Shown here piece after piece: positions 49,139 to 60,513 of a stretch of DNA of 64,000 nucleotides. The notes below the pieces were generated by a model. The model did not search any database and had not been told where the DNA came from. It saw only the letters and a program-made list of their open reading frames with translations. A program made the translations under genes and the position numbers. The stretch comes from Basidiobolus meristosporus CBS 931.73 (Eukaryota; Fungi; Basidiobolomycota), in contig MCFE01000395.1 in the NCBI GenBank assembly GCA_002104905.1, positions 18,027 to 82,026 of the forward strand, written 5' to 3'. The stretch's first letter is position 1, and the number at the start of each line of letters is the position of its first letter.

Positions 49139-52100
49139 TGTTGTAAATTTTGTAATTCCACCTGAATATTCACCTAACTTAGTCACTTAGATCATTATCC
49201 TCAAATCCTAGAGAATACTGACCAAATTCCTTGCTGGCATCTACTTAGAATATTTTCTCCAAAATACCAGATACCCAGATCATGAAAATTATCAAAGTTG
49301 TCCAAACAGCCCCAAACTTTGCACACATACTCTTGGGACCTTCCTTGACCTATTCTATGTGTTTGTAATGTCAAGACCATGTAAAATATAAATACTACTT
49401 TTACATTCAATAAATCATTAAGTGAAAGACATATAATCTATTTGTCCTCCCAATCACTTCCAATATCTCCAAGACTCTTACAATGGGTTAAGAGCCCCAA
49501 GCTGTCACTCTCTGCCATGCAAACCACAGCTATTACTGGAATTTTGCCCTCTGTGGAAATGTTGGATGGATCTAACTACCAAGTGTGGAAGGTCAAGATG
49601 AAGATGCTGCTGCAAGAAAGAGGCCTTTGGGATATTGTCATGGGAGAAGAATGCCCTCTTAAAAATTTGGGAGAGGAAGCCTTAAAGTACCAGAAAAAAG
49701 AGCAAAGTGCCTTTAACTGCATTTGCGTCAATGTTCAGGACAGATTGTTAATTCAATGCTCAAGAACAAAAATGACAAAGAATGTCTGGAAGGTGTTAGA
49801 AGACACCCACCAGTCATGTTCAGCTGCTAAGAAAATGTATCTGAGACAAAAATGTTTTACTACTGAGGTGCTGCCAGGAGAAGTAATGAAAAATCTAATC
49901 AACAGAATTACCCTGCTGGTAGATGAGATGGAATCTGTGGGCATAACAACTACTGATGAGGGTGTGATAGTTACCATCCTGAACAGCCTGACAGGCATGT
50001 TTCAGGGAATTGTATCAGCCCTAGAGTCCAGATCTAAAGATTTGACCTTAAATTACATATATGGAAAGCTCCAGAATGAAGAGTTAAGAAAATCAAGTGC
50101 CAATAAGAAGGAAGACAAAAAAGCTTTAATCAGCATTGATAACCAACAAAGGAGGTACCCAAGACCCTACAAAGGTAACAGCAACCTGTTTTGCAACTAC
50201 TGCAAAAGGAAAGGACACATATCAGACCAGTGTCTCAAAAAGAAAGAAAATCAGCAAAAGAAGCCTGAATATGGAAATGCTCCAACAACAGAAGATAGCC
50301 TATTCATATCTGCACTAAATATGACCACAAATAAGGATTATCAGACATGGTATATTGACTCTGGAGCATCTCAACACTTCACACACCAACAAGAACCTTT
50401 TACCCAATATCAAGAAATTCCAATTAAGAAGATTTTCAAGGGTGAAAATAGAACACTTGATGCAGTGGCAGAAGGAACTTTCCAAGTAAACCTTAGAAGC
50501 AGTAAAGGAAGCCATACACTGACCTTTAAAGAAGTACTCTATGTACTAGAAATAGCCAAGAACCTACTCTCTGTATGCAAGGCCACTGCAGAAGGACTCA
50601 GTTTCAGCTTTGACAATTTGGGATTCAAGATCACAGATCAAAATGGTGCACATATTGCTTTGGGTATCAGAGATCAGAATCGATACAAGTTGACTTATAT
50701 TCCATCATATTTGGAAGCCAATAAAAGTAACTTAAATGGAGAAGTACCAATGCTTTGGCACAGAAGATTGGGACACATCAACCTGATTACTTGCACAAAA
50801 TGATCAAAGATCAGCTAATTTCTGGAGCAAAAATTGATCCCCCAGCTAGTTTGGAGCACTGTGAAGCCTGCATATATGGGAAACAAGCCAGACAGCTGTT
50901 TAAGAGCTCTGGGATAATCAAAACTAAGAAACATTACATCTAATTCACTCATATCTGTGTGGACCTATGCAAAATTTATCCTTAGGCAGGATGAAGTATT
51001 TAATCACTTTTATTGATGATTATACAAGATACACATGGGTCTACTGCATAGAGAGAAGGGAAGAAGCTATGTCTAAGTTCAGGGAGTTTAAAGTCATGGT
51101 TGAGAGAGAAATTGGTGAAAAAATCAAGAAAATACACACTGACAATGGTGGAGAATATACTTCAAAACTATGCATCAACTTCTGCAAAATTCATGGTATA
51201 AAGCAGGAGACTACTGTCCTATACTCCCCACAGCAAAATGGAGTAGCAGAATGTGCAAACAGATCAATATTTGATATGGCAAGATATATAATCCATGATC
51301 ATATATTATCCTATGCTTTTTGAGCAGAATCAGTTGCCACAGCTGTATACCATAAAATAGGAGTTATACAGAATACTTTGTGATTCTACTCCATTTGAAG
51401 CATGGTATGGATACGTACCAAGTGCAGAACATATATGAATATTTGGGTGTACAGCATTTACTAAGAAACTGCCTGGAAATCAGTCAAAATATGATCCAAG
51501 AAGTGTAAATTGCATATTTTTGGGCTACTGCAATACGGGTAAAGCATACAGACTGTACAATACCAAAGTAAAGAAGCTAATGAAGTCCAGGGATATGTCA
51601 TTTGATGAAAATTTAAAATTTTCACAAAACTGACATCAAAAGATGACAAAAATTTGATCTCAAGTCCATCAATTGTCAGGATTGAATGAGAGCAAAACAA
51701 TGAAATTTTTCACTCCAGAGGACTCTACATCCATGGTGCAGCCTGAAGCAGTGCCCAGGAATATCTCAGAAGTAATCATTCCAGTATCAAATGCCCAGAT
51801 ATCTAATCAGACAAGAAATAGCCCCAATTACTATAACAATGAGGGTAGAAACTTAGTCTATGCCTATTCAGTCCATATTGATGAGACCCAGACTTTAAAA
51901 GAGGCCCTAAATAGCCCTCAGACAAAGCTTTGGAGATCTGCAATGACTGAGGAATATCAGGCCCTGATGGAAAATCAAGCTTGGGACTTAGTCAAATTAC
52001 CAATCAGCCAAAAATCAACTGGATGCCAATGGGTCTTCAAGACAAAATACAAGGCTGATGGTACAATTGAAGGATACAATGCAAGACCTGTAGCCAAAGG

Positions 52101-53760
52101 ATACTCTTAAACAAAAGGATCTGGCTATACTGAGACCTTTGCACCAGTAGCCATGTTTAATTCCATCAGATTAATTTTGGCTTTTGCAGCCAAATATAAG
52201 ATTTTTATTAATCAAATGGATGTAAAAGCTGCATTTTTGAATGGAGAACTTAATGAGGACATGTATATGGACCAGCCTAATGTTTTTCTTGACCAAGATA
52301 ACCCCCATTTGCTCTGCAAGCTTAAAAAATCTCCATATGGTCTTAAACAATTACGGAGAGCCTGGAATTGCAAGATAGATTCTTATTTGGAATCTTTGAG
52401 TTTCAAAAGGAGTAATGGTGACTATAGTACAAACTATAAGCCAGATAGAGAAAATCCAGTTCTATTAGCTCTATATGTGGATGATCTTATTATAGCCACC
52501 AATAACCTAGAAACATTAGAAGAGACTATATCCAGCCTATCTAAGGAGCTCAAGATGTCCATTCAGGGGGACTCAGTTACTACTTAGGGATTGAGTTCTC
52601 CATAGACAGAAGTACCCAGACTATTACCCTAAGCCAATCCAAGTATATTCAAGATATACTAAAGAAGTACCAAATCAAAGACTCTAAACCAGCAGCTACC
52701 CTAATGGAGACAAACGTTAACTTGGTCAAATCTCAACTAAATCAAGAGAGCTTGGTGCCATCCAAAAGCCCTGACTTTCCTTATCAATCTATAGTTGGCA
52801 GTCTGATGTATATCATGCTTGGAACATATCCAAATATCTCATATTCAGTAGGAGTTGTCAGCCAACATAATCAGAACTATGGATCTGATCATATTGCAGC
52901 AGTTAAGCGGATTTTTAGATACCTAAAAGGAGCTGCTGATATCTGCTTAAGATACAATCTTAATGATTCCAAACAGGATCTTGTGGGATACTCTGATGCT
53001 GATTGAGAACAAAATTGGGAAGACAGAAGATCCACCACATGATACACCTTTCTGTACTATGAAGGAGCAATTTCATGGAATTCAGCCAACCATAGGACTT
53101 TCTACCACAAAAGCAGAGTATATGGCATCCTGTGAAGCTACAAAAGAAGTAGTGCGCCTATTACTATATTTCAAGATAATCAAGGATGTATACAATTAGG
53201 TAGAAATCCAACTTTTCATGCTAGAACTGAGCACATAGATATTAGACATCATTTCATATGTGAAGCTATAGAAAATAACTTGATTAGCTTAGCTTACTGT
53301 CCTTCATATGAAATGATTGCAGACATATTCACTAAACCATTAGCCAGAGACAAGTTTGAATATCTTAAGTCAAAATTAGGACTTGTCAGTATGAGCATTC
53401 AGCTGAGTGTGAGTGTTGTAAAAATTTGTATTTCCACCTAAATATTCACCTTACTTAGTCACTTAGATCATAATCCTCAAATCCTAGAGAATACTAACCA
53501 AATTCCTTGTTGGCATCTACTTAGAATATTTTCACCAATATACCAGGTACCAGAACACAAAAATTATCAAAGTTGTCCAAACAGCTCCAAACTTTGCACA
53601 CATGCTCTTGGGACCTTCCTTACCTATTCTATGTGTTTGCAATGCCAAGACCATGTAAAAGTATAAATACTACTTTTACATTCAATAAATCATTAAGTGA
53701 AAAACACATAATCTACTTGTCCTCCAAATCACTTCCAATATCTCCAAGACTCTTATATCA
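49139..53760 (+). mobile_element. Ty1/copia element C5 (family C), full length, 4622 bp
   Basis: 347-bp LTRs 49139-49485 and 53414-53760, TSD GATTG/GATTA. Primer site GGTTAAGAGCCCC, PPT 53402-53413. gag-PR frame open at about 49517-50803, remainder decayed. Confidence 0.95.
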
Positions 53761-55296
53761 GATTAGGCATCTTGTGTTCCTTAGATAGGCTGGACCTAGT
53801 CACTTCCTATGTTGCTAGGTAATAACTCCTATTTTTATGGTATACAGCTGTGGCAACTGATTCTGCTGAAAAATCATAGGATAATTTTTGATCATGGCTC
53901 ATAGATCTTGCCATATCAAATATTGATCTGTTTGCACATTCTGCTACTCCATTTTGCTGTGGGGAGTATAGGACAGTAGTCTCCTGCTTTATCCCATGAT
54001 TTTTGCAGAAGTGGATGCATAGTTTCAAAGTATATTCTCCACCATTGTCAGAGTGTAGTTTCTTGATTTTTTCACCAGTTTCTCTCTCCATCATGGCTTT
54101 AAACTCCTTGAGCTTAGACAGAGCCTCTTCCTTTCTCTCCATTAAGTAGACCCATGTGTATCCCATGCAATCAGCAATAAAGGTGATTAAATACTTCATC
54201 CCACCTAAGGATAAATCTTGCATAGGTCCACACAGATCTGAGTGAATTAGATCTAATGTTTCTTAGTTTTGATTAACCCAGAGCTCTTACATAGCTGCCT
54301 AGCTTGTTTCCCATATATGCAGGCTTCACAGTGCTCCAAATTAGCTGGGAGATCAATTTTTATTCTGAAAATCTGCTGATCCTTGATCATTTTAGTCAAA
54401 CAGTCACAATTGATATGTCCAAATCTCCTGTTCCAAAGCATTGGTGTTTCCTCATTCAAGTTACTTTTATTGGCTTCCATACATGATGGAATATAAGTCA
54501 ACTTGTATAGATTCTGATCTCTGATATCCAAAGCAATATGGGCACCATTTTGATCAGTGATTGTGCATCCAGAATTGTAAAAGCTGAAACTGAGTCCTTC
54601 TGCAGTGGCCTTACTTACAGATAGTAGGTTCTTGGCTATTCCTGGTACATAGAGTACTTCTCTAAAGGTCAGTGTATGGCTTCCTTTACTGCTTCTAAGG
54701 TTTACTTGGAAAGTTCCTTCTCCTACTGCATCAAGTGTTCTATTGTCAACCATGAAAACCTTCCTAATTGGAATTTCTTGATATTGGGTAAAAATTTCTT
54801 TTTAGTGTGTAAAGTGTTGAGATGCTCCAGAGTCAATGTACCACATCTGAGAATCCTTGTTTGAGGTCATATTTAGTGCAGATATGAATAGTCTATCCTC
54901 AGTTGTTGCAGCATTCCCATATTCAGGCATTTTCTGCTGACTATCTCTCATTTGCAAGCACCAGTCTGATATGTGTCCTTTCCTTTTGCGGTAGTTGCAA
55001 AATAGGTTGCTGTTGCCTTTGTAAGGTCTTGAGTACCTCCTTTGTTAGTTATCATTGCTTATTAAAGCATTTTGTTCTTCCTTTTTATTGACACCTGATT
55101 TTCTTATTTCTTCATCTAGGAGCCTTCCATATATGTAATTAAAGGTCAATCTTCAGTTCAAGACTCTAGGGCTAAAACAATACCCTGAAATATGTCTGTC
55201 AGGCTATTCAGGATGGTTTGACATTAAGGCAAATGCAGTTAAAGGCACTTTGTTCTTTCTTCTGGTACTTAAAGGATTCCTCCCCCATGTTGTTAG

Positions 55297-55645
55297 TGTT
55301 GCAAAAGTCTTTGAGATATTGGAAGTGATTGGGAGGACAAGCAGATTATGTGGTTTTCACCTAATGATTTATTGAATGTACAAGTAGCATTAATACTTTT
55401 ACATGATCTTGGAATAACAAAATTGTATGATAGGTCTAGGAATGTTCCAAGAACATGTGTGCAAAGTTTGGGGCTGTTTAGACAACTTTAAGAATTATCA
55501 TGTTCTGGGTACCTGATATTTTGATGAAGATATTCTAAGTAAATCCCAACAAGCAATTTAGTCAGTATTCCCTAGGATTTGTAGGTTATGATCAAAGTGA
55601 CTAAGTTAGGTGAATATTTAGGTGGATCTACAAATCTTTACAACA
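55297..55645 (-). repeat. Solo LTR-C inserted in gag of C4
   Basis: 349 bp, TG..CA, TSD GTTAG/TTTAG. Confidence 0.9.
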
Positions 55646-56155
55646 TTTAGGAGGGAATTCTTCTCTCATGGCAATATCCCTAAGGCCTCTTTCTTGTAGC
55701 AGCATCTTCATCTTCACCTTCCATACTTGGTAGTTACATCCATCCAGCTTTTCAGCAGAGGGAAGAATTCCAATAATAGCTATGGTAGACATGGCAGAGA
55801 GTGACAGCTTGGGGCTCATAACCTGTTGTAAGAGTCTTGGAGATATTGGAAGTGATTGGGAGGACAAGTAGATTATGTGGTTTTCACTTTATGATTTATT
55901 GAATGTAAAATTAGTATTTATACTTTTACATGGTCTTGGCATTACAAACACATAGAATAGGTTAAGAAAGGTCCCAAGAACATGTGTGCAAAGTTTGGGG
56001 CTGTTTGGACAACTTATCTAATTTTCATGTTCTGGGTAAATATTCTAAGCAAGTCCCAACAAGGAATTTGGTCAGTATTCTCTAAGATTTGTAGACTATG
56101 ATCTAATTGACCAATTTAGGCAAATATTTAGGTGGAATGACAAATTTCTACAACA

Positions 56156-56525
56156 AATATGAATATTCAGCTGAGTGGAAGTGTTGTAAATTTTGTGATT
56201 ACACCTAAGTATTCGCCTAAATTGGTCAATTAGATCATAGTCTACAAATCCTAGAGAGTTCTGACCAAATTCCTTTCTGGGAGTTGGAATATTTTCACCA
56301 AAATATCAGGTACCCAGGATATCAGAAATTGACAAGTTGACCAAACAGCCCCAAACTTTGCACACATTTTCTTGGGACCTTCCTAAGGGTATTCTACATG
56401 TTTGTTTTGCCAAGACCATGTAAAAGTATCAATACTACTTTTACATTCAGTAAATCATCAGGTGAAAACCACATAATCTACTTGTTCTCCCAATCACTTC
56501 CAATATCACCAAAACTCTTACAACA
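56156..56525 (+). repeat. 3' end (PPT plus 3' LTR 56182-56525) of a further copia-C element C6
   Basis: GAATATTCAGCTGAGTGGAAG (pol end and PPT) followed by a 344-bp LTR-C ending CTTACAACA. Rest of the element absent. Confidence 0.9.
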
Positions 56526-56629
56526 CTATCTACATTGCATTAAAGTCGATACCCCGCAACTATAGTGCCATACTGCCAAATTTCTGCCAAATCACTGACG
56601 CAACCACCGGAAATGACCAGAGAATGGGA

Positions 56630-56635
56630 TTTATT
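56630..56635 (-). promoter_or_regulatory. Candidate polyadenylation signal AATAAA of DOM34
   Basis: About 90 bp downstream of the stop and about 105 bp from the first LTR. Confidence 0.4.
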
Positions 56636-56723
56636 GGGTTGACCGCGCCGCCACCCGGATGGATGGAGTAAGGATGGGTGGCATGCTGCGGGAGGGGTTC
56701 TTCTAGACCCTGGTGGATCGAGG

Positions 56724-58316
56724 TCACTCCTCCTCTTCCTCGTCCATGTCGGGAAGCGGGAAATTGAGGATGGCGGCCACGCCGGTCAACTGTTCCAGTT
56801 CTATGAGCAACAACAAAGTACGAGGTGAGTATTTGGGAATCAACCGATGGATCCGAAAATGTACGAACGTTCGCCCGTCACGTGGAGGCTGGAGAAGATG
56901 TGCACCTTTCCCCCCATGGATCTGACCGACTCCACCAGGGCGATGTACTTCTTACGAGTGGCGATATCGGCGGCGCTAAGATCACCGATCGGCATTAGAC
57001 ACAGGGGAAGTGAGTAGATCGATACTGGACATTACCGGAAAAGACCGTCGGTTAGGAGCAACGTGTCGATCGCACCCATCTCCTCCGCCCTCTTGATGTG
57101 ATCGTACCCGTAGTAGGCTCTATCGGGGTCCTGGTTGAGCATCACGTAGAACCGATCGAGCGCCTTGATTTCTTGGGCTGCTTTGGTGTCGGCGAGCTTG
57201 GTCTGAATGGCGGAATCCTGCATGACTTCCTGCAGCGAATGCTTGTGACCACTGGAGCTGTGGATCAGCAAGAACTTTGGCTTGTTCTCTAGCAGGAGTT
57301 TGTTCTCGGTTTTCTAGTGGGTACGCGAGCAAACCACGATCAGGACGTCATCGATGCGAGGCACCCAACGAACCAGTAATGAACTTACCACCGCCTCGGC
57401 GAATATGTACTGATAGAGTTGATCCTTAGCGAGAGCGAGGTTAGCTTCGGGGCGAGGTTTACTTGGGGCGGCATGTCTTACCTTGACGAAACCTGGACTG
57501 GCGATGATCACGGTTTTGACGATGGAGAAGTCCACATGTCGGAGGATTCCCTCCATAACTTGCTGGTAGAACTTCTGCAGGCCTTTCTCGTAATTCGTGG
57601 TGGACCCCTTGCGTTTCCTGGGAACCGGGGTCTCGATCCTTTGTCGGACAATGGTCATGTTCTGCGTGAGCAAGCAGATGTTCGCCAAGCCTACGGCCGG
57701 GGGAGGGGGAGGGGGAGTGGGTAAGTGTACGCTCGACACTGGGAACTTCCCCAAAACTCACCTTCTTGTAGAACAACCGCCGCGACATCCGCTTGCTTGG
57801 AAATATCGCAGGCCTCGTCGACGCGCTCCAAAGAGATGGTGTCCCATTCGGGCTTCAACAGGGTGAAGTTGCGGTTCAACTCCAAATCGATCGTGTGAAA
57901 AGCACCCAGCTAACGGACGGTACGCAACGTGGTCAGAAAGAGGTCGCTCGTACTTTCAGGGAGGGGAAAGTACCTTGACGTATTTATTCTCGCTGATGTT
58001 CTGCCCGTTGATTCTCAACAAGCCGACCTGTGGGTCGAAGTTGACGTCGGACACGGTGATGGTCAGTGTCAGGCGAACCCTGGTGCTTTCAACCGAGCCG
58101 GTATTACTCTCGGACTGGACTCGTCTGGAAAGAAGGCTCGGTAAGTGGAGGCGTCGTGAAGGAGAATGGCCGGCTCACAAACCTGATGGTGACGGCCCTC
58201 AACTGATCTCCCACTTGGATCAGGTTGTACACATGCCACATGTCTTCCAACTCTTCGGGGTACAGCGTGACATACCCCGTTTTGTCCTTCTCTATATGCT
58301 TTTTGATAAGCTTCAT
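56724..58316 (-). CDS. DOM34: Pelota/Dom34 ribosome rescue factor (eRF1 family), 379 aa, 8 exons
   Basis: Exons 58316-58183, 58124-57974, 57909-57762, 57690-57482, 57424-57389, 57313-57036, 56975-56869, 56800-56724 splice via GT-AG introns to 1140 nt. Motifs [57 protein letters not shown]. Confidence 0.97.
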
Positions 58317-58468
58317 GGTTGAAATCTAATAATCCCTACGGACGTTGACAAGCATGAAAACCAGACATGCAGCTAATCATGACATCAACCAAACGTGATC
58401 CAAGAATTTTTTTGATCTGATGGTTTATTGGTGATCGTTGGTCAAGCCATCGGCCAGCACAGGTGGGA

Positions 58469-60063
58469 TTAGAGGGCATCTCCATTGGGCCCGCGATAGA
58501 TGGCTATGGCGGCGGCGGTGCAAAGGAAAAACAGGAACCGGCACCATTTGAATATGCTTTTGATGATGGATTTGACGATTTTTCTAAGCCAGCTGAGGGG
58601 CCCAGCAGGCCGCGGGGGACAGTCCTCCTCAGACGAACTCTCCCCAGACTCAATAGGGTCGAATGCCTCCTGAAGATACCCATTTCGGAGGGGTAATGGG
58701 GACTCGGGGCTATGGAATATGCCTAGTGAAGGATTCTCAGCAATGGGTGTGGATGTGATATACCCACTATGAGCAATGGTACGTGGTGTCGTCAAGCGGT
58801 TGGATGTCCGGGGTGTAGACGTGCTGTGTGAGTTCCAGCTGTACTCAAGCTCATCAAGCAAGGTTCTCCTTTTCCTGGTGCTGCTGGCGGGAGTGTATCC
58901 CGAGCGTGCAAGGAAGCTGCTTCTGCTGGGACTGCGCGGGGAGAAAACCCTTGGGACCGAACGGGGGGAAAACTGGGTGAAAATGCTCTGGATCCAGGAA
59001 CCTTGATCTTCAACGGATTGCGATAGCTCGGCAACATGCATGGATTGCCTTTCAAACGCGCTTTCCAATTCTGCGTAGTCCTTGGTGGACTCCTCTAGCG
59101 TGTTGGCTTGAACTGTAGTCTCCTCGAGCTGCGACAGCACTGATTGCAACCTCTGTTCGAGATGGGCTTTTTGGGTAACGATGGTGGCGTTTCGTTCCTC
59201 CAGTGAGGAAACCCTGCTTAGTAACATGTCTATCGTCTCATTCCCGATAGAACTCTCGATTTTCGACTGGGGTTTGACGGGAACCGATCTATCGGATTGT
59301 TGAGAGGGCGGTCGAAGTGGTAGGTCTTCCCGGTACCGCATGGAAAGGCTGTGGTTCCTACGCTCCAATTGTTGGATCGTTTGGCAGGCCAACTCCAGTT
59401 CGCGGCGTAAATGCTCCACCTCATTCTCCAATTTGGTTATCCGCCGCTCTTCCTTATCTCGAATCCCATTTTTTTCGTCCATTGCATGGTCCACCTTCTG
59501 CTGCAGGTCCAGATTCAGCTGCTCGAGAGAAGCGATAACCCGTTCTTCATCGTAATGGGTGGTGTGTCGTCTAAAGGCAGAACGAAGTCGTAGCTGTGCT
59601 GGGGGTGGTGGAGGCGGAGAAACCCCGTAATCGGCTTTCAACAGGTCTCCACTGCTGCGAGCGGGGTCTTCGCTCGGTACGTTCAACTGCTCAATATACT
59701 CGACCAGTTCTAGGTATTTCTCCTGCAATATATCGTTTTCCTCTATCACCATACTGCGCAGCTTCGCGGCAAGCGTTAGTTCTGTTGGGCAGGGAGAAAG
59801 GTTAACGTCAATCATGTATCCGCGCTACGGTATATAGTTGGTGGAGCATTTGCTCGCTTCCAAGAAGCACAAATGACAATATCCAAACCTCGGTCTTTCT
59901 CCATTATCAAACCGTAGGCTTCCCTCAAAAGCCTCTGAAATTCCTGCTTGGTGAATCTCCCGGAGGAAATAAGAGGACTGGGTCTGCTGGAGGGGCTCTC
60001 CACTGGCAAGGCCAGCAGAGCGTCCATATTGGATTCTGGAGCTAACTCCGGAAAATAGAACAT
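58469..60063 (-). CDS. Coiled-coil protein with CC1-box-like motif and C-terminal hydrophobic anchor, about 495 aa, 2 exons
   Basis: Exons 60063-59889 and 59781-58469 join in frame across a 107-bp GT-AG intron to give EKDRELTLAAKLRSMVIEENDIL. Two long heptad regions. C-terminus WCRFLFFLCTAAAIAIYRGP. Start may be the Met at 60027. Confidence 0.85.
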
Positions 60064-60513
60064 CAGAGAATAGAGCGTTACAAGCCTATCTCCGGAGTGG
60101 TGTGGATATTATAAAGCATGGTTTGGAAATGCAAGTCATGAAAATTCGATGGATATGAAAGTGTAGATGGATTGGATTCAGTACTAACTAACTACTGAAC
60201 ACATTCGCCACATCTCATAAGCGAATAGTCAGACCGACCGGTCCAATCCGTAGATTATCATCCGCTCCGTTCTTTGCCTAGAGTCCTGAATTTATTTCCA
60301 TGCGGGCCGAACCAATGGCGGATTTCTATATAACCTTAGTTACACCAATGATGGCGGCAAATGTGCCAGCTTCCCAAAACGGGCAAGCGCCTAATTAGGC
60401 AATCCCAGAATGCTCGGAATCTACTAAAATATAGAAGGCTCCTGTCTGTATAAAAGCACATGTGCTTCGATATAAATTCAATGCAGTGGTAACCATCTGC
60501 GTAACATTATTTG
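60064..60513. promoter_or_regulatory. Compact divergent intergenic region, probable bidirectional promoter
   Basis: 450 bp between two head-to-head starts. Several CCAAT/ATTGG motifs and TATAAAA at about 60449. Confidence 0.4.

Larger units (their letters stand above)
47884..56155 (-). mobile_element. copia family C element C4 (rearranged, probably chimeric), interrupted by C5 and a solo LTR
   Basis: 3' LTR 47884-48232, RH/RT 48233-49138, short RT piece then IN-PR-gag 53761-55810 with internal deletions, primer site 55811-55823, 5' LTR 55824-56155. Flanks ATATA and AATAT do not form a TSD. Confidence 0.85.

Noticed and set aside
22250-56155. Recurrent short ORFs such as MLKYW.., MSKQ..LCTH.., MSSQSLPISPRLL.. 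and MGFSLNDLL..
   Set aside because: They lie within LTR-A or LTR-C copies and recur only because the LTR is repeated. The N-terminal extension of ORF 49442 is LTR sequence.
1-56525. Classical Neurospora-type RIP
   Set aside because: CpA and TpG are abundant rather than depleted; the missing dinucleotide is CpG.
56555-56595. TGCCA-rich stretch sharing CCATACTGCCA with about 29667
   Set aside because: An 11-bp match with no TIR or TSD is too short to call a DNA-transposon end.
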